A stretch of DNA of 64,000 nucleotides from Nostoc sp. (GTDB lineage: Bacteria > Cyanobacteriota > Cyanobacteriia > Cyanobacteriales > Nostocaceae), in the NCBI GenBank assembly GCA_036918135.1, contig JBALDB010000053.1, positions 64,001 through 128,000 on the forward strand, in the 5' to 3' direction. Each line of letters starts with the position of its first letter. Position 1 is the stretch's first letter. Below are positions 21,757 to 30,760 of this stretch, piece after piece. A program made the translations under genes and the position numbers. Under the pieces are notes generated by a model. It was not told where the DNA came from and made no database searches. It saw only the letters and a program-made list of their open reading frames with translations.

Positions 21757-22902
21757 CTACACTGGCGACAATACCTTGATCTTTTCTTCTAAAGAGTTCA
21801 TCAAGGACTGGAACGGCTGGATGAACTTGTCAATACCTTCAACTAACAGTTCATCCATGACGGCATTGATATCAATGTTAATGTCGGGATCTTTGAGGTT
21901 TTCGATCAGATTGTAAGCTTCTTCTACACCTGTTTCTAAACGATCGCCAACGTTACAATGATCGGCACAAGCTTTGATGGTGGCTGGTGGTACGGTGTTG
22001 ACAGTATCTCGACCAATCAACTCATCGATATACATCACGTCGCTGTAGCTGGGGTTTTTGGTGCTGGTGCTAGCCCACAGGAGTCGTTGTACTTTCGCCC
22101 CTTTTGCTGCCAAGGCTTGCCAACGATCGCTTTCGATGATTTTCTTGTATTCTTGGTAGGCAATCTTGGCGTTAGCGATCGCTACTTTTCCTTTAACAGC
22201 ATTCAGCTTCGCTTCCACGGCAATATCATCAACACCTTTTTTCAACTTAGCATCTATTTTGGCATCAATGTTGTTATCAATCCGACTGAGGAAGAAGCTG
22301 GCGACTGAAGCAATTTTGCTAATGTCTTTACCTTCGCTTGCCCGTTTTTCTAAACCACGAATATAAGCCCAAGCTGTATTTACGTAGCTCTCCACCGAAA
22401 ACAGCAGGGTAATATTAACATTAATGCCGTCGGCGATCGCCTGTTCTACTGCTGGTAAACCAGACTCAGTACCAGGAATTTTAATCATCAAATTTTCCCG
22501 GTCAACTTCTTGGAAATAGCGTTTGGCTTCGGCTATTGTTGCTTCGGTATCATGGGCAATGGTCGGTGGTACTTCGATACTCACATAACCATCCAGGTGA
22601 TTCGAGCTTTCATAAACAGGGCGTAAGGTATCACACGCACTACGAATATCTGCAAAAATCAGCGATTCGTAAATTTTGTAGGTTGGTGAGCCAGCCCGAA
22701 CTCCGGCTTCTATATCCGCGTCATAAATGACGTTACCAGCGATCGCTTTTTCAAAAATCGTTGGATTGGAAGTAATCCCAGCAATTCCTTGATTTTCAAC
22801 CAAGTCTTGGAGTTCGCCTGATTGAATAATGTCACGGCTCAAATTATCCATCCAGATACTTTGACCGTATTGCTTAATTTCTAGTAGATGATTGGTTGCC
22901 AT
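21757..22902 (-). CDS. tal: Transaldolase
   Basis: [22 protein letters not shown] and RLLWAST motifs. Confidence 0.95.
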   Translation of the reverse strand: MATNHLLEIKQYGQSIWMDNLSRDIIQSGELQDLVENQGIAGITSNPTIFEKAIAGNVIYDADIEAGVRAGSPTYKIYESLIFADIRSACDTLRPVYESSNHLDGYVSIEVPPTIAHDTEATIAEAKRYFQEVDRENLMIKIPGTESGLPAVEQAIADGINVNITLLFSVESYVNTAWAYIRGLEKRASEGKDISKIASVASFFLSRIDNNIDAKIDAKLKKGVDDIAVEAKLNAVKGKVAIANAKIAYQEYKKIIESDRWQALAAKGAKVQRLLWASTSTKNPSYSDVMYIDELIGRDTVNTVPPATIKACADHCNVGDRLETGVEEAYNLIENLKDPDINIDINAVMDELLVEGIDKFIQPFQSLMNSLEEKIKVLSPV

Positions 22903-23316
22903 AACTCTGGTTTTTTCACTCCTGTATGATGTTTCGTAGTGAAGTTGACATCCATCAAATTCTCAAACGGCTATCAGTTAACATCTTTTCGTTATTAGGT
23001 GTTGGGTACTGCTGACTGTTGAGTCGATTTTTAATGGTGACTTTTGAATTTTGCCGTTGCCAATCACTTATCGCATCAACCCGCTGAGATAATTCTTAAT
23101 TTATTTTCAAGAACTGCTATTGTGCACTCCTAATCCTAAATCACCATGATTAACTTTTAATTAATGGATAGGCTAGTACAAGAAGGCAAAAGTAAAAACT
23201 TAAAAAGCAAAACAAAGAAGTCTTATCCCGTAGGCTTTTTGCTTATTTTAGATGGGAGATTTATTTTGGCAATGTTGTACTTCGCGCATCTAGTAGGATG
23301 TATTTGTCATCCTTAT

Positions 23317-24366
23317 CTAGTGACCGTTTTGAATAAAAGACTCTACTTTTGCTACATCTTCTCTACTACCAATGATTAAAGGTGTGCGTTGATGGAGTTT
23401 TTTCGGCACTACATCTAAGATATCTACTAGTCCTGTAGTGGCACGACCACCTGCTTGTTCAATCAAAAAGGCTAGAGGAGCGGTTTCATAAAGCAAACGC
23501 AATTTCCCTTCTGGTTTTTGAATTGTGCCTGGGTAGAGAAATACGCCGCCTTGAACTAAAATTCTATGGATATCGCTTACCATTGCCCCACTATATCGAG
23601 CGGTATAGCCTTCTGTGCGATGAACGTAGCGGATGTATTCTCGAATTGATTCTTCCCACTGCCAGAAGTTACCCTCATTCACGCTGTAAACAGCGCCGTG
23701 GTTAGGAATGCGGATATTTTCTTCTGTGAGGATAAATTCACCTAAGCTAGGGTCGAGGACAAAAGAATGAACGCCCTTACCTATAGTATAGACCAGCATT
23801 GTGCTAGGCCCATATAAGATGTATCCAGCAGCAATTTGTTTACGTCCGTTGCTTAACAGGTCAGTTGCAAGGCGATCGCTATCAGTTCCTTGTTGTTGGC
23901 GAATGGCGAAAATCGAACCTAAGCTGAGATTGATATCAGTGTTAGAAGAACCATCAATTGGGTCATATAGCAGAGTGTAGCGCCCAATGGGGCAATTTTC
24001 TGGGATGTAGTAGGGTTTTTCCATTTCCTCAGAAGCTAGGCGACAAACTAAGCCACTTTGCTTAAATACTGAGATAAACACATCGTTGGCATAAACATCC
24101 ATCTTTTTGACGGATTCTCCTTGCACATTTACTTCCCCAGTAAATCCGAGAACGCCTTCCATTAAACCAGCCCGACTCATGCGACGAGCAATCAATTTGC
24201 CAGCCAAGGCGATGCGATTCATCAGCGCACTCAAATCTTGTGCATCTGCTGAAAAACTTTGAAGTTGTTGTAAGACGTGACGAGATAAAGTTGTACAATC
24301 ACGATCTAGAGCTAAGTCTGTAGCGTCGTTAACAGACAAATCTAAAGATTCTGGCGCTTGAGTCAT
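23317..24366 (-). CDS. fbp: Class I fructose-1,6-bisphosphatase
   Basis: [16 protein letters not shown] and KLRLLYE motifs; first gene of fbp-tal-zwf-opcA. Start 24366 or 24387. Confidence 0.94.
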   Translation of the reverse strand: MTQAPESLDLSVNDATDLALDRDCTTLSRHVLQQLQSFSADAQDLSALMNRIALAGKLIARRMSRAGLMEGVLGFTGEVNVQGESVKKMDVYANDVFISVFKQSGLVCRLASEEMEKPYYIPENCPIGRYTLLYDPIDGSSNTDINLSLGSIFAIRQQQGTDSDRLATDLLSNGRKQIAAGYILYGPSTMLVYTIGKGVHSFVLDPSLGEFILTEENIRIPNHGAVYSVNEGNFWQWEESIREYIRYVHRTEGYTARYSGAMVSDIHRILVQGGVFLYPGTIQKPEGKLRLLYETAPLAFLIEQAGGRATTGLVDILDVVPKKLHQRTPLIIGSREDVAKVESFIQNGH

Positions 24367-24638
24367 TTTTGTCTTCTCCGTAGCCACTAGCTGTTAGTTG
24401 GGTTAGATGTCGCAACTTTCTGGTCGCTGTTTCTATCTTAGAAAGGTAAATTGAGAACTTAGATGCGACTTTAGTTTATCTAAAGAAATAAATCTTCGGT
24501 GACTTTCGTGCCCAAAGCAATAGCTGATATTGGAGTGTTGGGGGGGAGCGATCGCGCTCTGAATTTGATAAATTATTCTCTTTGCGCCTAAAATCCAAAA
24601 ATTCCAATCTATTGAAACTATGATATAATAGAAAGATT

Positions 24639-24710
24639 GGGCGATTAGCACAGGGGTAGCGCACATCCTTCACACGGATGGGGTCACTGGTTCAAATCCA
24701 GTATCGCCCA
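24639..24710 (+). tRNA. trnV: tRNA-Val, anticodon CAC
   Basis: Acceptor stem GGGCGAT/ATCGCCC with discriminator A; anticodon arm CATCC-TTCACAC-GGATG; T arm ACTGG-TTCAAAT-CCAGT; TATAAT just upstream. Confidence 0.95.
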
Positions 24711-24827
24711 TTATACATTTGTACATTCTCAAATTAAATATCCTCTTCTAACACTAATGCATTGCGCTTTGAAGTGAAAATACGCTTATTTATTTTTCTT
24801 TTAAAGTTACGAGCGAATAGCTAAACA

Positions 24828-25142
24828 TTGCATCTGATATGTAAAGTAATGCTACCTTGTAAGAAAAAAATTGTGACTGATAAAACTGAATTACTATCTT
24901 ATCCAAATATCACTTCAGATGAAGAGGTACAGAGTCGTGATTTTTTAGTAAAGATTATAGTTGTAGGAATTGAAGTAAATATCAAAGAATTAGCAATTGC
25001 ATTTCGCAAACAATATAAACTCAGGCTTACTGACGCAATAATGGTAGCAACTGCAAAATCTTTAAACGCAACATTATTCACCAATGATGTAAAACTTGCT
25101 AATTTAACAGAAATTAACACTCAATCAGTACAAATTGTATAG
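24828..25142 (+). pseudogene. Degenerate PIN/VapC toxin gene
   Basis: C-terminal PIN motif LRLTDAIMVATA...LFTND is present. The N-terminal LDTN motif is not in frame. Confidence 0.6.
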
Positions 25143-25231
25143 TGAAGGGCGATCGCCTATTATCAGAGGCAAAATATTAAGAGCGATCGCAATCTACATG
25201 CACCGAAAGCAGTTTGTAAATTGTTAAATTA

Positions 25232-25268
25232 AAAACTGCTCTTGCTAAAACTAAACAAGAGCAGTTTT
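25232..25268. terminator. Bidirectional hairpin between convergent genes
   Basis: AAAACTGCTCTTG ... CAAGAGCAGTTTT. Confidence 0.65.
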
Positions 25269-25293
25269 AACACCAAAGCCGAAAATTAAAAAC

Positions 25294-25617
25294 TTAGGCA
25301 TCCTCAAGTTCCAATTGCGCCACCGTAACCGCGTTAAAAGCGAAAGCTAAAACTAATGGCATCGGAGACTGCAACCAAAAGGTTAAAAGAACAGCGAAGA
25401 TTGTGCCAATTATTGCTGAAGTAGACCACAATCGTTCTTCAAAAGTTAACCCTTTTTCAGCTTTAATCAATCTCAGAACGTTGACAGGTATTGGTTCTGG
25501 CATTACCCCACCTGGAGGAAAAGCCCAGTAGTTATTACGCCGCTCGACAAATAAATCTGTCCAGCCATTTTCTTGGCACCATGCCTCAATCCATTGAAGT
25601 GAATAATGATTAATCAT
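25294..25617 (-). CDS. Conserved cyanobacterial membrane protein
   Basis: WCQENGWTDLF...YWAFPPGGVMP followed by TM segments; likely ATG at 25617. Confidence 0.75.
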   Translation of the reverse strand: MINHYSLQWIEAWCQENGWTDLFVERRNNYWAFPPGGVMPEPIPVNVLRLIKAEKGLTFEERLWSTSAIIGTIFAVLLTFWLQSPMPLVLAFAFNAVTVAQLELEDA

Positions 25618-26388
25618 CGGGTTTGGGAGCTGAGTTTGGGGAATTTGTCTAGTAGGTAAAGATAATCTCTCGGAGATTGCTGAAAAACTAACCAATCCGG
25701 TATAAAATTAACGCTATTTATACAACTTATAAGCTTTGTTAAGCAGTTGAGATAAGTGATAATTAAGCTCAACCATTGCTTTACTTAATTAAAGACTAAC
25801 AGTCGAGAGAATCTGTTAACTTCAAAAGACAACAAACTTTACGTAAAAAATTGAAAGTAAAGAAATGTAAATTAGTTAGTTAATCCTACTGCTCAGTTAA
25901 ACTGTATATCCTAAAAAGAAAATCTTAAAATCAAGAATTGTGAATAAATCAATGGTAGTAGGCGTAGCCCGTTTTAGACATCGTTTTGTTTGACGAAATC
26001 ATTCCTTGAGAGTAGACAATCATTTATATCTGTCTTTGGTAATAATTTTATTGATAATTAGTTAAGCAAAATTAATTAGATATAAAGTAAGGCTCTAGGA
26101 AATACTCAAGAGCTATATTGCCCTTGTGTATATAATTTTGCCGAATTACCTATGATGATGTTGTGTGAGCGTAAGCCCGTCATAAACATCGCCCTCATAT
26201 TGCCCCCCACACAATAGCTGCTTTGTGCTATTGCAGAAATAATTTTGCTCAACGTGAGAAGCAATGCCTTTTACGTTACAAAATATTAAGCAGGGATACA
26301 GATCCCCCAATGGCAGTAGGGCTGCTAGTCTTAATTACAATGTGGGAAGCTTATAATGCAGCGATTACACACTAGATTGGGTTTCGAT

Positions 26389-26877
26389 ATGTTTTGGCGG
26401 CAGGGATTGGCGTTACTTGTGGGGATTATTGTCTGGTGCGTGGCTCATCCTGCACTGGCAGTAGACTGGACTCATCCACTGTCATTTAGTAATGCAGAGT
26501 TGTCAAGACGTGATTTTTCTGGTCAAAGTTTACAAGCTGCGGAGTTTTCTAACGCCAATATGGAATTGGCTAATTTTACCAACGCTGACTTACGGGGAGC
26601 AGTATTGAGTGCTTCGGTAATGACACAAGCAAATCTCCACGGTGCCGATTTAACGAATGCAATGGTCGATCAGGTAAACTTGACTAAGGCAGATTTGAGC
26701 GATGCAGTTCTTAAAGAAACCCTTTTGCTCCGCGCCATCTTTAATGATGTGAATATAGACGGTGCAGATTTTACAGATGCAATTTTGGACAAAGCGCAAA
26801 TTAAAGAACTGTGTATCAAAGCTGATGGTGTGAATTCTAAAACAGGCGTGCAAACTCGTGATTCTCTGGGATGTTAA
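26389..26877 (+). CDS. Lumenal/exported pentapeptide-repeat protein
   Basis: Signal peptide ending PALA, pentapeptide repeats, C-terminal LC...TGVQTRDSLGC. Confidence 0.88.
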   Translation: MFWRQGLALLVGIIVWCVAHPALAVDWTHPLSFSNAELSRRDFSGQSLQAAEFSNANMELANFTNADLRGAVLSASVMTQANLHGADLTNAMVDQVNLTKADLSDAVLKETLLLRAIFNDVNIDGADFTDAILDKAQIKELCIKADGVNSKTGVQTRDSLGC

Positions 26878-28028
26878 TGAAACGTGTAGGTGTAATTGGT
26901 GGCGGACAACTTGCCTGGATGATGGCAGATGCAGCAAGGAAGCTAGAAGTAGAATTAGTAGTACAAACTCCTAATGAAAACGACCCAGCGGTGTCAATTG
27001 CTGAGGAAACTGTTTTCGCTCCGGTAGATGATGCCAGTGCTACAGAAATATTAGCGAAAAAATGCGATGTCATCACCTTTGAAAATGAATTTGTTAATTT
27101 AGATGCTTTATCTGTTTTAGCAGAGCAAGGCGTTTGTTTTCGCCCAAGATTAAAAGCATTAACTCCTCTTTTAGATAAATATCACCAGCGTTGCTATTTA
27201 AGCAATTTAGACTTGCCAGTTCCGCAATTTTTCGCCCTTGAGGAGGTAGAAAATCTTAAATCTAAAATAGAATATCTGGGTTTTCCAGTAGTTCTCAAAT
27301 CCCGACGCCACGGTTATGATGGTCAGGGTACTTTTATAATTCAGGACTTTGCTACTTTAGAAGAAAAATTAAGTTGCGATCTGATAAAAAATTCAAATAA
27401 ATCTCTTTTTCTATTAGAAGAATTTGTACCTTTTGAAAGAGAATTAGCAGTCATCGCAGCTCGTTCTCTAGAGGGAGAAATTGTCACCTATCCAGTGGTA
27501 GAAACCCAACAAGAACAACAAGTGTGTCGGCGGGTAATTGCGCCAGCCGAAATTATGCCCAATCAACTAGCAGAAATAGAAGCGATCGCCCATACTTTAT
27601 TAAATAGCCTACAAGTAGTGGGAATTTTTGGGATTGAGCTATTTGTGAGAGCTGATGGCAAAGTGCTGGTAAATGAAATTGCTCCCCGTACCCATAATTC
27701 TGGGCATTTTTCCCTTGACGCCTGTGAAACTTCTCAGTTTGAGCAACACCTGAGGGCAGTTTGTGGTTTCCCGTTGGGAAATCCTAGTTTACAGTGTGCT
27801 GGTGCTGTAATGGTAAATCTGTTGGGGTATGAAAATTCTGACAGCGATTACCAAAGCCAGCGTCAACAAATAACAAAGATTCCCCAAGCGCACGTTCACT
27901 GGTACGGAAAAACTGAGTCGCGTCCTGGGCGCAAGTTGGGACATGTCACCGTTTTGCTGGATAATCAAAATCGACAGCAGGCAATCGCTATTGCCCAGAC
28001 CATAGAATCCATCTGGTATCCCGGCTAA
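26877..28028 (+). CDS. purK: N5-CAIR synthase
   Basis: GGGQL, GYDGQG, NEIAPRTHNSGH and RKLGH motifs; TAATG overlap with the upstream gene. Confidence 0.95.
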   Translation: MKRVGVIGGGQLAWMMADAARKLEVELVVQTPNENDPAVSIAEETVFAPVDDASATEILAKKCDVITFENEFVNLDALSVLAEQGVCFRPRLKALTPLLDKYHQRCYLSNLDLPVPQFFALEEVENLKSKIEYLGFPVVLKSRRHGYDGQGTFIIQDFATLEEKLSCDLIKNSNKSLFLLEEFVPFERELAVIAARSLEGEIVTYPVVETQQEQQVCRRVIAPAEIMPNQLAEIEAIAHTLLNSLQVVGIFGIELFVRADGKVLVNEIAPRTHNSGHFSLDACETSQFEQHLRAVCGFPLGNPSLQCAGAVMVNLLGYENSDSDYQSQRQQITKIPQAHVHWYGKTESRPGRKLGHVTVLLDNQNRQQAIAIAQTIESIWYPG

Positions 28029-28087
28029 ATTTCTCAGAAACTTTTGATGTTGAACACACAACATCTTTTTGAAAGCTATAATGAGTT

Positions 28088-28271
28088 AGTTGCACTACGA
28101 CGTTGGTGACTGCCATCAAGTTTTTTGATCTATGCCTTTAAAGAAAAGGGAGTCAACTAGTTCTCGTGGCAGTAGACCGGGCATGTACCCGGAAACTTTA
28201 AACGAGAAATTTAGATTCCCACCTGGTTTAACCAGGTCATAAACTTAGGTAAAACGGCGTCGCGGTGAACT
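28088..28271 (+). ncRNA. ssrS: 6S RNA
   Basis: Directly downstream of purK, the known cyanobacterial location. TATAAT at 28077-28082; 5' end AGTTGCACTACGACGTT pairs with 3' end AACGGCGTCGCGGTGAACT; about 184 nt. Confidence 0.85.
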
Positions 28272-28281
28272 TAAAATTATT

Positions 28282-28312
28282 AGCTCCCAAAGTCAGTTAG
28301 AATTTGGGAGCT
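28282..28312 (+). terminator. Terminator hairpin after 6S RNA
   Basis: AGCTCCCAAA ... TTTGGGAGCT followed by an AT run. Confidence 0.7.
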
Positions 28313-28370
28313 TTAATTATTTAAATTAGTAAAACTTAGGGAACTCCAACAAGTGCCACTACATCAGAAG

Positions 28371-28476
28371 TAATACCAATTCAAAATTCAAAATCAAAAT
28401 TCACGCATTAAGAATGCAGACAGGACAAGGTTTTAGAGATATGTATCTGTCGCATTCTTCTTTCAAATTGGTATTA
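28371..28476. mobile_element. MITE-like palindromic element
   Basis: Terminal inverted repeats TAATACCAATT/AATTGGTATTA and an internal hairpin AAGAATGC...GCATTCTT. Confidence 0.6.
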
Positions 28477-28845
28477 TTTCTGTTTACAGCTTGCGGTAAG
28501 TTCTAGATTGTAGAAAGTCCCTGGTTTGGGATTAATTGAACGCAACTGCTGGATAAAAGCATTAAATGTTGTATTGCTTGTACCAAAGCCAGCTTCAGCA
28601 CAAGCAGATAAACCTCCTTCGATGGGAATAGCAGATCCGGCCTTGGGACTATATACAATGAATTTATCGACGGTGCTAGTGCCGACTGCAAACCCGATAA
28701 CTTGGCGAATTGTTTGCAAAGCGGCATTATCTAAGGAACCACCAATACTGCCAATACTGATATTAACCGCACGACTTTCAGCAAAGGCCGGCGCACTAAT
28801 TGACAATACTGCCCCGACAATAATGAAACAGCTGAACTTCTTCAT
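28474..28845 (-). CDS. Secreted hypothetical protein
   Basis: GGAGGAG RBS; signal peptide MKKFS...PAFA. Confidence 0.75.
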   Translation of the reverse strand: MKKFSCFIIVGAVLSISAPAFAESRAVNISIGSIGGSLDNAALQTIRQVIGFAVGTSTVDKFIVYSPKAGSAIPIEGGLSACAEAGFGTSNTTFNAFIQQLRSINPKPGTFYNLELTASCKQK

Positions 28846-28959
28846 TTTCCTCTCCTCCAAAAAATTGAAAAAATTGCCATTGATATTTACCAACTGGTTT
28901 TACACCACTAGTAGTGTGCGCCTTGTAAAAGATTAGACATAAAGTAGCGATCGCTTGGC

Positions 28960-29817
28960 TCATGCACCCGCTTTATCGAGTTGCTCAAACTCATCGTCTG
29001 ACAGATGAAGCTGCGCGGCAGCGATGTTGTCTTCCAGGTGAGCAACTTGACTTGTTCCTGGAATCGGTAGCATATTAGGACTTCGCTTCAGCACCCAAGC
29101 CAGTGCCACTTGTCCGGGCGATGCACTGTGTGCCTTGGCAATGGTGTCTACCAGCCCGCCTGACTGGGCGAGGTCGCCGGAGGCTAACGGAAACCAGGGG
29201 ATAAAGCCGATACCCTCATGCGTGCAGTAGTCGAGTACTGCCTCATCAGCCCTATCTACGAGGTTGTAGCGGTTCTGTACCGTGGTTACAGGGAATACCT
29301 TCCGTGCAGCCTCGATCTGCTCCACCGAGACTTGACTCAGCCCAGCCCGCGCAATCAGCCCCTCTTTGAGAAAATCGGCGATCGCACCAAATTGCTCGTC
29401 TTGAGGCACGTTAGGATCGATACGGTGCAGTTGCCATAGGTCTAGCTGCTCCACTTTCAGGCGGCGCAGGCTCATGAGTACACACTGGCGTAGATATTCG
29501 GGACGACCTACTGGCGGCCACTCATTCGGACCCGTACGAACCAGCCCACCCTTGGTGGCGATAAATATGCCGTCATAGGGATATAGCGCCTGTGCGATCA
29601 GTTCCTCAGCGACGTAAGGGCCATAGCTATCCGCAGTGTCGATGAAATTGACTCCCAGATCGGGCAAGCGTTTCAATACTTGTAGCGCCTCCTCCCGGTT
29701 TTTGGGTTCACCCCACACCCCTTTGCCCGTAAGCTGCATGGAGCCAAAGCCCAGCCGCGTCACTGAACGATCTGAGAAACTAAATTGTCCAGAAGCACTA
29801 GCATTAAGTTCAGACAT
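28960..29817 (-). CDS. Aldo/keto reductase
   Basis: [18 protein letters not shown] and PIPGT motifs. Confidence 0.92.
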   Translation of the reverse strand: MSELNASASGQFSFSDRSVTRLGFGSMQLTGKGVWGEPKNREEALQVLKRLPDLGVNFIDTADSYGPYVAEELIAQALYPYDGIFIATKGGLVRTGPNEWPPVGRPEYLRQCVLMSLRRLKVEQLDLWQLHRIDPNVPQDEQFGAIADFLKEGLIARAGLSQVSVEQIEAARKVFPVTTVQNRYNLVDRADEAVLDYCTHEGIGFIPWFPLASGDLAQSGGLVDTIAKAHSASPGQVALAWVLKRSPNMLPIPGTSQVAHLEDNIAAAQLHLSDDEFEQLDKAGA

Positions 29818-30048
29818 AGTGTAAATCGGTTGGTGTAAATTGGTTGGAAGTGTCCGACCTCGATCGGGGATCGATTGTAGTTATGGCAAGGGTTCAATTA
29901 ATTGGTGGGTGCTTTAAACTGCCACACTCACCAAGGCAGCTTTATCTTTAAGTGGTTTACCCATTGCAAGCTTTTTTCCTGTTGTACAGTGACAAATTAA
30001 ATGGCGTTGAGACAAATTTGTGTCATCAAATTAAGCCTTACCCACTTT

Positions 30049-30192
30049 ACCTAGATTTCTCACAAGTAAGAAATCCAACGAGTGTGGGAGGTGTGAGAGG
30101 ATGAGGGGGTGTGGGAGGATGAGGAAGAAATCTTTCTCCCCACACTTCCCACACCTCCTCTTTCCCCCCCACACTTTGTGAGAAATCCGGGT
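30049..30192. mobile_element. MITE-like element enclosing a purine/pyrimidine palindrome
   Basis: 17-bp TIRs ACCTAGATTTCTCACAA / TTGTGAGAAATCCGGGT with 2 mismatches. Confidence 0.6.
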
Positions 30193-30760
30193 TTAGTAGG
30201 GCAACAATTTGTGTTGATACTGCCTGCTAAGTTCCCTGTGCCGCTTCTAAGCTTAACGCTAGAGAGTTCAAGCTTTACACCCTCAATAAGATTAATTTGG
30301 TACAGCGACAAATAAAAAATTACTGTCAGTAGACCAAAAAGTTCTGCATTAGCGTCTCGCACAGAAGCGTACCAAAGGTATCACTCTGTGATTGATAACT
30401 GTAAATCTGATTGTTGCTTAAAAAACTGTATTTTTGAATACGATTTTTAGAATTGGACGATGCACGCGTCAAAATCCTTTGTGCTGAAGTTTCCTTTGCT
30501 GGTGAACGTGCTGTTAGAGGGGGTGATGTCACTGTTGAGGCACTTTGGCGATCGCTAATACTGGCATGTCATCACTGATTCCTGATATTCCGGGTCTTGC
30601 AGGGACTCCTTACCTGACCAACCGCAACTTCACAGGATGACGCTGACTGAACAAGCGATTAAACTATGGATAATATCAAATGTTGCTTTTAGCACCTATT
30701 ATATAAATTTAATTGCACTGTTAAATCTAACATCTCATCCTGCTATATCTAATACTAGTT

